Assembly: GCF_006345805.1 (NCBI RefSeq)
Contig: NC_043018.1
Span: 7,316,001-7,380,000, forward strand
Source: Octopus sinensis
Lineage: Eukaryota
Reading direction: 5' to 3'
Length of the DNA stretch: 64,000 bases
Shown: positions 24,168 through 36,436 of the stretch, in pieces
Position numbering within the stretch: position 1 is the first letter of the stretch
Layout of the letters: each line of letters opens with the position of its first letter
The notes under the pieces: model-generated
Databases searched by the model: none
What the model was told of the DNA's origin: nothing
The model's input: only the letters and a program-made list of their open reading frames with translations
Translations under genes and position numbers: made by a program

Positions 24168-25040
24168 CAGGAGTGGCTGTGTGGTAAGTAGCTTGCTTAC
24201 CAGCCACATGGTTCTGGGTTCAATCCCACTGCGTGCCACCTTGGGCAAATGTCTTCTATTATAGCCTCGGGCCGACCAAAGCCTTGTGAGTGGATTTGGT
24301 AGACGGAAACTGAAAGAATCCCATCATATATATATATATATATATACATTATACATGTGTGTGTGTGTGTGTGTATCACAATCACTTGACAACAGATGTT
24401 GGTGTGTTTGCATACCTGTAAATTAATGTTTCGGCAAAAGAGACCAATAAAATAAGTCCTGGGGTCCATTTATTCGACTAAAAGGTGGTGCTCCAGCATG
24501 GCCGCAGTCAAATGACTGAAATAAGTAAAAGAATATATATATCTTTTATTTTCTTTTACAAGTTTCAGTCATTTGACTGCGGCCATGCTGGAGCACCACC
24601 TTAAAGGGTTTTAACCAAAGAAATCAACCGCAAGACTTATTCTTTGTAAGCCCAGTACTTATTCTATCAGTACCTTCTTCCAAACTGCTAAGTTACAGGG
24701 ACATAACCACACCAACATCAGTTGTCAATCGATGGCGAGAGGACAAACACAGACACAAAGACACACAAATAGATATACACACATACACACACACACACAC
24801 ACTTACATACATACATACATACACACATACATACCTACATATATACATACATATACACATATACACACACATATTTGACAAGCTTCTTTCAGTTTCTGTC
24901 AACCAAATCCACTCACTCACAAAGCTTTGGTTGACCTGAGGGTATAGTAAAAGACACTTGCCCAGGGTGTGATGCAGTGGGACTGAACCCAGACCATGTA
25001 GTTAGGAAGTACACGTCTTACCACACAGCCATGCCTGTGC
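24168..25040. mobile_element. Tail-to-tail S1 SINE pair (24168-24530 plus; 24545-25040 minus)
   Basis: Forward head at 24168; reverse-complement head ends at about 25040; tails about 15 bp apart. Confidence 0.85.
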
Positions 25041-25078
25041 CTACAGCTCATCAGACAAAGTAACCAAAACTACATTAA

Positions 25079-25282
25079 CCCTTTTGTTACTGCTCTGTGT
25101 TTCTCTCTATTACTTTAAATATAACAAAGAATTTAGTAAAATAATTTAGTTATCATTCAGCTAGTGTTAGGAACATAAACTGTGGCTAAGGTTTGGTGGA
25201 AGATTTTAATTCAAAACTTATGAAAACAAGACATTTATACTCAGTGCCAGAGCTGGTTTCAGTCGGGTTGGCATCAAAAGGG
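25079..25282. mobile_element. TTAA MITE (piggyBac-like), 204 bp
   Basis: TTAA-CCCTTTTG ... CAAAAGGG-TTAA. Confidence 0.85.
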
Positions 25283-25299
25283 TTAACAAAGCATAGAAT

Positions 25300-26698
25300 A
25301 ATCACACGAAGTAAACAGTGAAAAAGTCTTTAGAAAAAAAGGAAGAAGAAACGTGGGTGGGGTCATCAGGTGTACTGTAGGTAAATTTCAAGAAGCATGG
25401 AAGTTTTGAAGGATGTAGTGTCTCGACAGCTAACAACTGATTCAGGTAGTTTATTCCATGCTTCAGCAATTCTGAATGTGGAAAAATGTATCTAAAAGTC
25501 ATGGGTGCTTTTATTTTGTAAGCATGTCCATGTGTGTATGACATACAGAATTCAAAAAGGTGCCCAAGGTTGTTGTTGGGAAAATGGTGGATAATCTTGT
25601 AGGTGTCTACCAAGCCAGTTGCTTGATGTCTAAGCTTCAATGTGTCCACACCCAGGAAAGCAAGACGTTCAGAGTATGGTAGATGTCTGATGGTGGGTAT
25701 TCATTCGGTTGCATGTTTCTGAAGAGTTTCCAAAAGATTGATAAGCTGAGCAAGACAGGAGTTCCTGATTAGTGATGCAAACTCTATGTGTGGATGCACC
25801 ATAGTCATATAAAGTTTTCAATAGGTAGCTGGAGTGTGGCTGATAAAGATCTTACTGAGCAATTCTAGGACACCCTCAGCCTTCTTGACAATCTTAGAGA
25901 TGTGGTTTGTCCAACACAGATCGCTGTTGACAATAATACCCAGGTCACGTTCACTTGCAGACTTCTTAAGATTGGTGTTGTTGAGGGAGTATGTAAAAGC
26001 TGAGTTTTTCCTCCCAAAGTGCACGGTGATGCCCTTGTCCACAGCCAGCTTGAGTTGCCAGTCGGTAACCAATTCCTACATTGTGTCCAAAGTCTAATTG
26101 CAGGAAAGATCTAGAGTGTATAGTATCCGTTCTTTTTATCTCAAAGTTTTTCTTGATGTTGTCTGCATATTTCAACACTGTAACATTCTTTAAATTGGCA
26201 TCTATGTCATTAATATATGCAACTAACAACAGATTCCTGTGGTACACCAGATGCCATCTCAGAGGATGAAAAATGATGTCCTAGATCCAACCATGACTAC
26301 TGCTTTTCAACCGAGAATGAAAGACTTTAACCAGTTATAGAGATCATCTTTCACACCCATTGCAACGAATTTTGTTGTGAGTTGTTTGTGTGGCACAGAA
26401 TTAAAGACTTTAACAAAGCCAAGATAGATAACATCCACCCATTAGCCATGATTAATTATTCAGATGATGTCCTCATGAAAGTCCATCAGTTGGTTACAGC
26501 AGCTGGAGTTGCGGATAAATCCAAATTGTGAGGATTGAATAAGGCTGTGAGAACTCCAGAAGTTGCAGAATGTTTCTCTGATACAGGATTTCATCAATTT
26601 GGTGATGCAGCTAGTAAGATAGACTGGAAGGTGGTTGTCAGGTGATGTGTGATCACCATTTTTAAACAAGGAAATGACACTGGTAATTATATTCTGGC
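25300..26698 (-). pseudogene. CR1-clade LINE reverse transcriptase, 5' truncated and degenerate
   Basis: SLFKNGDHTSPDNHLPVYLTSCITKLM..SSQFGF; AYINDI..LKYADNIK; ERDLGIIVNSDLCWTNHI; DTYKII..THGHAYKI. Confidence 0.9.
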
Positions 26699-26699
26699 A

Positions 26700-27125
26700 T
26701 AGGCGCAGGAGTGGCTGTGTGGTAAGTAGCTTGCTTACCAACCACATGGTTCCGGGTTCAGTCCCACTGCGTGGCATCTTGGGCAAGTGTCTTCTGCTAT
26801 AGCCTTGGGCCGACCAATGCCTTGTGAGTGGATTTGGTAGACGGAAATTGAAAGAAGCCTGTCGTATATATGTATATATATACATATGTATGTGTGTGTA
26901 TATGTTTGTGTGTCTGTGTTTGTCCCCCTAGCATTGCTTGACAACCGATGCTGGTGTGTTTACGTCCCCGTCACTTAGCGGTTTAGCAAAAGAGACCGAT
27001 AGAATAAGTACTGGGCTTACAAAGAATAAGTCCCGGGGTCGATTTGCTCGACTAAAGGCGGTGCTACAGCATGGCCGCAGTCAAATGACTGAAACAAGTA
27101 AAAGAGTAAAAAGAAAGTAAAGAGT
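26700..27125 (+). mobile_element. S1 SINE, full length
   Basis: AGGCGCAGGAGTGGCTGTGTGG...AAACAAGTAAAAGAGTAAA. Confidence 0.9.
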
Positions 27126-27279
27126 AATGAGAGTGATTCGGTGAAAGTGGTGAAGAAAGTAACAATTCCGGAGAACAAATGTGGTGGCTGAGAGATAGGC
27201 CTATTATTGTTATTCTCCTGAATTTGTTTGTAATTCTGTCTATTAGTTTACCTGCAACCATTACCCTTGAGCTATATGC

Positions 27280-27790
27280 ATGCAGTGGAGGTGCATGGCT
27301 TAGTGGTTAGGGTGTTGAACTCATGATCGTAAGGTTGTGGTTTCGATTCCTGGACTGGGCGATGCGTTGTGTTCTTGAGCAAAACACTTCATTTCACGTT
27401 GCTCCAATCCACTCAGTTGGCAAAAATGAGTAATCCTGCGACGGACTAGCATCCTGTCCAGGTGGGGGAATTTCTACGCCACTGAAACCAGGAAACCGGC
27501 CCTTATGAGCCTGGCATGGCTCGAGAAGGAACATTTTTAGTGGAGGCGTGTGGCTTAGTGGTTAGGGTGTCAGTACCATGATCGTAAGATTGTGGTTTCG
27601 ATTCCTGGACCGGGCAACACGTTGTGTTCTTGAGCAAAACACTTCATTTCATGTTTCTCCAGTCCAATCAGCTGGCAAAATTGAGTAACGCTGCGATGGA
27701 CTGGTGTCCGTCCAGCTGGGAACACATATGCCATAGAAACCGGGAAACCAGGCACATGAGCCTGGCTAAGCTTTAAAAGGGCGCATTTAT
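27280..27790 (+). mobile_element. Two tandem S3 SINEs
   Basis: Heads GTGGAGGTGCATGGCTTAGTGG (about 27285) and GTGGAGGCGTGTGGCTTAGTGG (about 27540). Confidence 0.85.
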
Positions 27791-28036
27791 TTATTTTATA
27801 TGCATGCAACTATTTATCTTTTTGCTCAAGAACCTAGGTAGAGGGTAAAGTTCAACACAGAGGCCCTGATCTGAGAGGGTTAACTTGACCAACACTCAGT
27901 TGATATCGTTATGAAACTTTTAAAACTCAGAAGAGTTTGTGTACCTAACCAAAATAGAAACATCTCTGTGGTTGACATTAACAAATTGACATCAGCCATT
28001 GGTTAACTCAACAAAAAAGTTTTTCACTCCATTCAG

Positions 28037-28105
28037 CTTTGGCTGCAAATGGCCACAATCACAAATTCCTCTGAGAAAAAGCAATACTGGCACTCACGCC
28101 AATAA
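28037..28105 (+). other. Candidate 69-nt exon
   Basis: TTTTTCACTCCATTCAG acceptor; AA/GTAAGA donor; one open frame (FGCKWPQSQIPLRKSNTGTHAN). Confidence 0.2.
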
Positions 28106-28261
28106 GTAAGATTGTTAAGATGATCAATAGACAAATTATCCAACAGTTGCACAAAGATGAATTGGTCTAGAAATCTATAGACATCTGCGTGCGTGTGTGT
28201 GTGTGTGTGCACCATTACTTCTTATAACCATGTTATTGCAGATGCACACAACCAAATGTGT

Positions 28262-29285
28262 TGGCGCATGGCTTATTGGTTAGGTCATTTGGCTCGCAGT
28301 CATAAGGTTGTGAGTTCAATTCCTGGCGATGCATTGTGTTCTTGAGCAAGACACTTTATTTCACATTGCTCCAGTTTACTCAGCTAGCAAAAGTGAGAAG
28401 TACCTGTATTTCAAAATGGGCTAACCTTGTCACTTTCTGTGTCACACTGAAGTTCCCTGTGAACTACGTTAAGGGTTCATGGGTCTGTGGAGTACTCAGC
28501 CACTTGCACATTAATTTCATGAACAAGCTGTTCCATTGAACAGATCAACTGGAACCCTCATCATAACTGACAAAGTGCCAGTTTTGTTTTCCTATTTTTT
28601 TTTACAACCTAATGTGTGAATTTATTCATTTAAAAAATCTCAGATGGAGAATATTTGGTATGACTATGACTTAAAAGTTTCACTGTGCCACTAATAGAAT
28701 GTTGTTTGTTCCTTCTCGAGCCATACCTGGCTCATAAGGGCCAGTTTTCCAGTTTCCTTGGCATATAGGTTCCCCACCTGGAACCTAATGAATGTAAATA
28801 AAACGCATGTGATGTCATGAACAGTCCCCTTCTAGGTTGTCAAACTCCTTAAAAAAATATTCCTCAAACATTGCTACTTGCGGTTTAAAGTTAATCATAG
28901 CCCCAGATCAGATGAGAAACTTGGGCAGTAGAAAGCCCTGGATATGTGTAAGACATAAGTGTCATTCTAAATATAATGTAATATGTTTGCTCCTTCTTGT
29001 GCCATGCCTGGCTCATAAGGGCCGGTTTTCCAGTTTCTTTGACATAGGTTCCCCACCTGGATGGGACTCCGGTCCGTCACAGGTGAGCTGCAAGATGCAG
29101 GAGGAAAGAGTGAGAGAAAGTTGTAGCAAATGAGTCAGCAGAAGTTTGCCATTACCTTCTACCAGAGCCGTGTGGAGTTTAGGTGTTTCGCTCATAAACA
29201 CACACATCGCCCGGTCTGAGATTTGAACCCGTGATCCCTCGACCGCGAGTCCGCTGCACTAACCACTAGGGCATGTGCCTCCACA
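28262..29285. mobile_element. S3-related SINE copies (28262-28560 plus; about 28700-28780 and 28985-29285 minus)
   Basis: Heads and CCTGGCTCATAAGGGCC tails. Confidence 0.75.
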
Positions 29286-29609
29286 CTAATAGAATGGACG
29301 GATTTGGAGAATGCACATTAGTTCTTTTTGCTCTTTCTTAGATCACAGCATTTCAAGGTTTTATATACATATGTATATACGTATGTATGCCAGGTTGCTG
29401 TTAGTGCTGGTGGTAACACAACCCAATACATCTTGAGCCACCAGCAACTAAACCAACTCTACCAAGTTTGCTTGGCAAGGAGGGTTGTTTCCATAGGACA
29501 TCCTGCAAGATTAAAACCAAATTCTGTCAAAGGGTAGGGAATTCAGAGTCAATGGCCCCTCAATAGCTGCAAGTGAGAAACCCCTATTCTTCATTTAGAA
29601 TCTCTCTCA

Positions 29610-29960
29610 TCATCATCATTGTTTAATGTCCGTTTTCCATGCTAGCATGGGTTGGACGGTATGACCGAGATCTAGGAAGCCAGAAGGCTGCACCATGCTC
29701 CAGTCTGATCTGGCAGAGTTTCTACAGCTGGATGCCCTTCCTAACACCAACCACTCCATGAATGGAGTGTAGTGGGTGCTTTTTACGTACCACTGGCATA
29801 GGTGCCAGGCGAGGCTGGCAACAGCCACAATCAGATTGGTGCTTTTTACATGCCACTGGCATGGAGGCCGGTCAAGGCAGTGCTGCGCTGGCATCAGCCA
29901 CATTCGGATGGTGCTTTTTACATGCCACCGGCACAGGGATCACAACTACAATTTCCATTG
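29610..29960 (-). mobile_element. R-family element
   Basis: CATCATCATTGTTTAATGTCCG..GCTGGATGCCCTTCC; three internal units. Confidence 0.8.
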
Positions 29961-30374
29961 ATTTTTGATGTTGATGTACTTGACTCAATTCCAAAATAAC
30001 ACCTGCCTCCTTAAAAATCTGGAGATCTTACTCATGCTTGTTTCGGAACTTCCTAGGTTTGTCGGTGCATCTTAGCAGTGTTGCAGAGTTATTATTGACT
30101 TTGAATTTTCAGTATGAGCATTGCTGTCAGCCATTGTCTTTCGTATGTCAGATAAGATTATCTGTCAATAATGGCCATACTTGTCTTTGAGTTTGCAGCT
30201 ACTATGTATATATGCATGTATGAATGAATATTCAGTTATGGAATTCAGTCAATCCATGTTACTAATGGTTTCAAAATCGCTCTAACCAGCTGAACACATA
30301 TCATTATGTGTATGCTTAAACATTCGGAAAATAATGAGAAAAGTTATAAATATGTTTGGTTTTTTTTTTGCCAG

Positions 30375-30423
30375 AATGCTCTCAGAACAAACAGAAGTAA
30401 AGACTATTTCTTTTGTGCCCAAA
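30375..30423 (+). other. Candidate 49-nt exon
   Basis: TTTTTTTTTGCCAG acceptor; AAA/GTAAGC donor; reads (x)MLSEQTEVKTISFVPK. Confidence 0.3.
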
Positions 30424-31374
30424 GTAAGCCACTTCCTTCAAAGAGACAGATCTATGAATCAACTAAGTCTGATAAGTGCTCAACTATTGCATGTATGCAT
30501 GCATATATGCATGTATATATGTGCATATATGAATGTAAACTGGCAGAATATATAATGGCTTTATAGATCTAAATAAACTGAAAGAGCAGAAAGTATTTCG
30601 GTAGGTGTATATACGGAAGCAGACAGAATGGAATATGTCTCCATTGATAAATGTTTGTAAACAAACAGAATATCAAGTATCTACATTGATATATGTAAAT
30701 AGACATCATAATATATACTGTCTACATAGATATACAGACAGAGTATATATAGTGTTTTTCATTGGGTGTGAACTGATAGAATATTAAGTATCTTCATTGA
30801 TTTATGTGGACAGACAAAATATAGTTTCTTCCTATGTATACACACACACATGTGCACATGCATACACACACATACACACTCATACACACTCATACACACA
30901 CACATATATCATGGATTCACCTGTCATAGATAATGGTTTTGCAAATTCTTGCTGATCAACCAGCAGACCTGATTTGTTTACAGTGATCAAACGTTTTTGT
31001 GCTGTGCATTAGCACAAACTCCATCCATCAAATCAGCATTACCTGAACAGGTGCGCGGTGTGCCGTGTGTCAGGTGTGGAAGTGATTGCTGAGCAACATG
31101 AGATGAAGTGTCTTGCTGAAGAACACAATGCACCGCCCAGTTGAGGAATCAAATCAAAACATCCCAACCACTAAAGCACATACCTTGACTATACACACAC
31201 ATATATATATTTATGTGTGTGTGTATATATTGAGAGAATGATCCAGTTCTTGACTGAAGATTAAAGGGTTCGAATGACCCATCTGTGTTTTTTGTATCGT
31301 TTAGTTGGATGTTTTGCGTTCTTGTCCCAGTTGTATTTTATATATATATATATAGCAGTGTACGTACACTTTTG

Positions 31375-31437
<63 letters not shown>

Positions 31438-31471
31438 TAACCAAGAAAAAAGCAACAAGAATGGATCGGTA

Positions 31472-31562
31472 GATTAGTACAATTGTTTCATACTAAAAAC
31501 ATTTAATTTTCAAGCTGCAAATATTACAGCAAATATAATGTCAAGTATTCATCAGCTAAATC
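31472..31562 (-). ncRNA. Type I hammerhead ribozyme, canonical core, extended stem II
   Basis: GAUUUAG-CUGAUGA-AUACU-[long insert]-AGUAU-GAAAC-AAUU-GUA-CUAAUC. Confidence 0.75.
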
Positions 31563-32459
31563 ACATATAGGTTTTCCATATATTCTTAGAGAGTGTAAAT
31601 ATCCTTATGAAGTTATAGGAGTGAGTTCCATGAATCTGAAGTAAGATTCCAAGCAGACTATATATATTTTCCAACAATACAAAGTTTTTAAAATGATTAT
31701 TGACATCCCACAGAAGATAAATCTACTCATAAAAATGTGGGTATAAGTTCCAAGAGGCATGCGGAAAGATGCTGGTCATACCACAGTTAAGTTCGCATCT
31801 AACTGTTGTAGACAAAATTCTATAGTAGTAGCAAGAAAGACAGCAGGGTAGGTTTGGCTAAAGCAAATGACATCAAGAGAAAAGAAATGGGGGTGTAAGA
31901 AGGAATAAAGATACTAACGACAAAGGTCAGTCTATATCCGTGGTGACAGAAAACGAATCTTAAATTCATAAAATAACTGTAAGTTTGACCAACACTAGCT
32001 TTGAACTAAGAAACTCATAGAATTAATGGTGGGAGGAAGAATAAAGGAAAGCACTAAAGAGGTCATAGGTTGTCGGTAGAGGGAGATACAGTAAGAAAAT
32101 TAAGGTTAACACTAGAATAGAAGGTTATTTATTTATTATTGTTTTTATTTTAACTTATGTTTATAAATGGTAAGAAGGAATTTAGGTCAACATCTAGAGG
32201 TCAAACAAATTCAATTGCACAAGGTTGGGGAATCTTACTTATTCAAAATTCATGGTGAAAATCAAATGTATCACTAAGGGAATAGTATTACATTTTAAAT
32301 TTAGAATAGAATTAGGACAGATTAGCAGTTTATATGATTTAAGTAAGGTTAAATAAATTGACTATAAAGTCAATTAAAAATTAGCATAGTACAAATACTA
32401 TTTATTTATTTATTTTAAAAGATGCAGTTGGAAAGAACAAACAGTAGGAGAACTTGCAA

Positions 32460-32720
32460 ATATCTATTTGAAATATTTTAGAGTTTTGACTTTTGAGTGA
32501 ATGCAGGACAGACCCAACTCTATACGGTTATTCAGTAGACTTATTTTTTCTATGCTTTAGAATCTCATATGTCTTCATGGAACAGAGTTGACAACCTACC
32601 CTATTATTTCTATAAGGTACTGCCTTTATAACTATTTCCCATTTTAGGTCATATTTAATATTATTAGTTTTGAGTTCCCAAATTTTACTGGAAAGTATTA
32701 TATATATGTGGAAAATGAAG
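32460..32720 (-). pseudogene. PLE GIY-YIG C-terminal fragment
   Basis: LSSKIWELKTNNIKYDLKWEIVIKAVPYRNNRVGCQLCSMKTYEIL matches PLE LSKYIWELK..IKWEI..PY..CxLC. Confidence 0.8.
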
Positions 32721-32758
32721 TCAAGGTAGAAAATACTAAAATAATTTTAGGAAAAACA

Positions 32759-32798
32759 TTTCAGTACTGGTTTCAGTCAGATACTTTTTCAACTGTAA
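32759..32798 (-). ncRNA. Minimal hammerhead-like motif, U3-A8 variant
   Basis: UUACAG-UUGAAAA-AGU-AUCUG-ACU-GAAAC-CA-GUA-CUGAAA. Confidence 0.45.
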
Positions 32799-32949
32799 GT
32801 ATGGAAAACAATTAAATTTTGGAAAAATTAAAAGAAAAGTTTTTTTTTAAAGAATGTTTGTATAGTATTCAAATACAAGGGCCATTTTCTTTGTTTCTGC
32901 CTGTCTCTGTCTCTCTTGTTTACTCTTGTGGGTTCGAGGTCGTTGTGAA

Positions 32950-33022
32950 TTCTTGGTTGAGAAGAAGAAGGAGGAGGAGAAGAAGAAGGAGGAGGAGAAG
33001 AAGAAGGAGGAGGAGAAGAAGA
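32950..33022. repeat. (GAA)3(GGA)3 18-bp higher-order repeat
   Basis: Directly visible. Confidence 0.9.
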
Positions 33023-33308
33023 ATGCAGGAGTGCCATAATAGTAGCATGTTAAATGGTCAAGTGCCCTGAAAGTGACCCCTTGTGGATGGTAGTAGTGAT
33101 TGAATTCTTGAGACATCTCTTTTGAATGTTTTGTTTATAAAATTTTTGTAGGTGTTATTCGAAACAGCAATAGAGGTAAAGTTAGGAAAGAGATGGTGGA
33201 GAGGAAGACGACAAAGAAAAAGGAGAAAGAGAAGGGAGAATTAGAAGGAATGTAGGTAGTATGATAGTAGTAGGGTGTTTAATGGTCAAGTGACCTAAAA
33301 GTGATTCG

Positions 33309-33355
<47 letters not shown>

Positions 33356-33365
33356 TGTATGTATA

Positions 33366-33582
33366 TGAGGGGTACTGGAAAAGTTCCTGGCTTTAAGAGT
33401 ATCACAAAAGGCCTGCTGGAGGCCCAACCTTCCAAGTTATTTTACGGGGGCTTAGAAAAGCTGAAGGACTGCTGCAATAAGTGTGTGAATCTGAGAGGAG
33501 AATAGGTTAAATAAAAACATAATTAACTGATCATCCTGTATTTTCTTTTACCCATAGCCAGGAACAGTTTAGCACCACCTTG
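33366..33582. mobile_element. Mariner-derived MITE
   Basis: TA-TGAGGGGTACTGGAAAAGTTCCTGGC ... GCCAGGAACAGTTTAGCACCACCTTG; second copy at 42304-42596. Confidence 0.8.
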
Positions 33583-33645
33583 TGTGTGTGTGAATATACA
33601 TATATATATATATATACACACATATATATATATATATATACACAC

Positions 33646-33742
<97 letters not shown>

Positions 33743-33908
33743 ATATATACACACATATATACATATATATTACGGAGATGTACTTGCATAGCAAGTGACT
33801 TAATCTGATATCGTGTGCTGGATGAAAAACAATTGCAGCATGGAAGGTGTTGATTAGCCATTTAAGAAACACACAAACCGTTAGATTCAATTCAACATTT
33901 AAATTTAA

Positions 33909-33959
33909 TTTGTCAAAATATTTTCGTCGCTTTGAGACCGCGACCTGTTCAATGACAAA
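33909..33959 (-). ncRNA. Hammerhead-like motif with C8 and an extra G
   Basis: UUUGUCA-UUGAACA-G-GUCGC-GGUCUCAAA-GCGAC-GAAAAUAUUU-UGACAAA; 7-bp stem I, 5-bp stem II. Confidence 0.55.
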
Positions 33960-34084
33960 ACTTCGTGCTGCATCACATATATAAATATATATAAAGTGTA
34001 GGTGGCATACAAGTGGGTGTATATTTATAAAAAAAAGAAGTTTGAAAATGCCACTATATACAATAAATTTTTATTTTCTGAGAG

Positions 34085-34132
34085 ATTTTACATGTTTCGG
34101 TTCTCCTTGAAAATACGAACCTTATCAAAAAT
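34085..34132 (-). ncRNA. Minimal hammerhead motif, U3-A8 variant
   Basis: AUUU-UUGAUAA-GGUUC-(13 nt)-GAACC-GAAAC-AU-GUA-AAAU. Confidence 0.6.
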
Positions 34133-34249
34133 ATTTTAAAAAGTTAAGTGTAATAAAAAAGTTCATAATTGTTTCTTACTAGTTTCAACAGAGTCCACGT
34201 GGTGGTGTTTTGTGTGTGGGAACATAATATATATATATATACCCCAACC

Positions 34250-34353
34250 CCCAAATTCCAGGTGCAGTCCCACTGTGTGGCACCTTCAGTAAGTGTTTTC
34301 TATTATAGCCTCAGGCCAACCAAAGCCTTGAATTGGAAACTGGAAGAAGCCTG

Positions 34354-34390
<37 letters not shown>

Positions 34391-34630
34391 TGTGTGTGTG
34401 TGTTTGCATATATTTGTGTGTGTGTCTATTTGTCCTCCAGCCATCACTTGACAACCGATGCTGGTGTGTCTATGTCCCTGTAACTTAGCAATTTGGCAAA
34501 AGAGACTGATAGAATAAGTACTAGGTTTACAAAGAACAAGTCCTGGGGTTGATTTCTTCGACTAACACCCTTCAAGGTGGTGCTCCAGCATGGCCACAGT
34601 CAAATGACTGTGTAACAAGTAAATAAAAGT
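34250..34630 (+). mobile_element. S1 SINE with truncated head
   Basis: CAGTCCCACTGTGTGGCACC...GTCAAATGACTG. Confidence 0.85.
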
Positions 34631-35714
34631 AAACAAATAAATATATATCTGTAGATATTAAAAGCAGAATGTGTGTGTACGCGAATGTAGTTTATGCATG
34701 TCCACAAATTAGCACGCATGTCACTCCAATTTTAGGAGGACATTCGTCACCCTCCTACCTGGGTTTTGTCAACTTATTTTTTCCCGGGGCACCCGCTGAT
34801 AGCGGTAAAAATCTATTTTCAATCATAACTTTTACCAATTTTGAAGTTTGCTAACATGAGTTAAGCCCCTTTTTGCCATATCCAAGTGAAAGTGTGTGTG
34901 AGAGAGAGAGAAGTTGTGTGTTGATGTATGTGTGTGTGTGTGTGAGAGAGAGAGAGAGCGAGAGAGTGTGTGTTTGACAGCATCTAACAAAAAAGTAAAG
35001 TAAAAGTATGTGTAAGAGAGAGAGGGAGAGAGTTTGACAGCATCTAGCAAAAAAAAGGTAAAGACAAAGTTTGAGAGAGAGAGAGAGAGAGAGAGAGAGT
35101 AGGTGACAGCATTCATCAAAAATAAAAATGTAAAATGTTTTGTTTTTTTCTTAAACATGAGATATAGTCTTCAAATTTAGGATGTTTTTGAAAGACACTA
35201 TATTTCATAATCGGATTATATATACTTTCTCACACAACAATTAAAATATATTTTAAATCGTTCATGTTTTTCTCACACACAATTACTTTGGGCACGGTAG
35301 AGTTTTGTTTTTATTTCACTAAGGAAGAAAGTGTTTTGCTGAGAATCCATTTATTTAACAACAAAGAGGTCGGTAACAATTTGTCAGTGAATTACACAAT
35401 ATAAATGGGTACAATTTCCGAGGCTTCAACCACACCCCACCCTGTTTTTCGGACCACAAAAAGGGTTTTGTAGCATATTAGGAGGCCAGAGTAGTTGATT
35501 CCATGCAAAAAATCCAATTTCTTTTTTCTTAGTGAAAGTCGTGCGAGTCTTAACCTACAAATTTACTAACATTTTTTCCTTTCATTTTTGTTTATGAACA
35601 TGTATGAGTGCAAAAAACATGCAATAGGTGTACGTATGCATGTATGTGTGTGTGTGTTACCCATATATATTTATATTATATTATATTATATTATATTATA
35701 TTATATTATATATA

Positions 35715-35825
35715 TAAACCAATTTCAACTGATTTTGCCCAAATTTGACGTCAATTTGAAATAAAGAACTTGATTTGCTTAATAATCCTAACTTAGTCCC
35801 GGGCAAAGCTGGGTTATACTGCTAG
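35715..35825 (+). mobile_element. Helitron 3' end
   Basis: CCCGGGCAAAGCTGGG imperfect hairpin, then CTAG (35822-35825) followed by T. Confidence 0.5.
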
Positions 35826-35834
35826 TCCGACCAT

Positions 35835-36436
35835 CACCATGATTGACTGTTAGCCACCAAAGCTTTTTTTTTTATTCTCTCTCTGTTTATTTTCTCGTGT
35901 TCCTTTCCGTTGAAGAGCGTAGGCTCAAAACATAAAAGACTTTCTCACCTTCCCGAGCATTAAACTAATACACCTGTTTGTTGTTCACATACCTATCTTC
36001 ATCTTCCAACTATATATATCTCTTTTTACTCTTTACTCTTTTACTTGTTTCAGTCATTTAACTGCGGCCATGCTGGAGCACCGCCTTTAATCGAGCAACT
36101 CAACCCCAGGACTTATTCTTTTTGTAAGCCCAGTACTTATTCTATCGGTCTCTTTTGCCAAACTGCTAAGTAACAGGGACATAAACACACCAGCATCAGT
36201 TGTCAAGCAATGCTAGGGGGACAAACACAGACACACAAACACACACACGCATATATATATATATTATATACATATATACGACAGGCTTCTTTTGAGTTTC
36301 CGTCTACCAAATCCACTCACAAGGCTTTGGTCGGCCCGAGGCTATAGTAGAAGACACTTGCCCAAGGTGCCATGCAGTGGGACTGAACCCGGAACCATGT
36401 GGCTGGTAAACAAGCTACTTACCACACAACCACTCC

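Noticed and set aside
26700-26775. tRNA-like A/B-box heads (S1, S2, S3)
   Set aside because: They continue into SINE bodies and no full cloverleaf or acceptor stem was seen, so they are not called tRNA genes
27080-27110. S1 tail AGTCA-AA-TGACT-GAAAC-AA-GTA resembling the 3' half of a hammerhead
   Set aside because: The preceding bases (TGGCCGC) do not match the core and no stem I forms
31600-32350. Possible CR1-like LINE 3' remnant
   Set aside because: Too degenerate; no motif could be read with confidence
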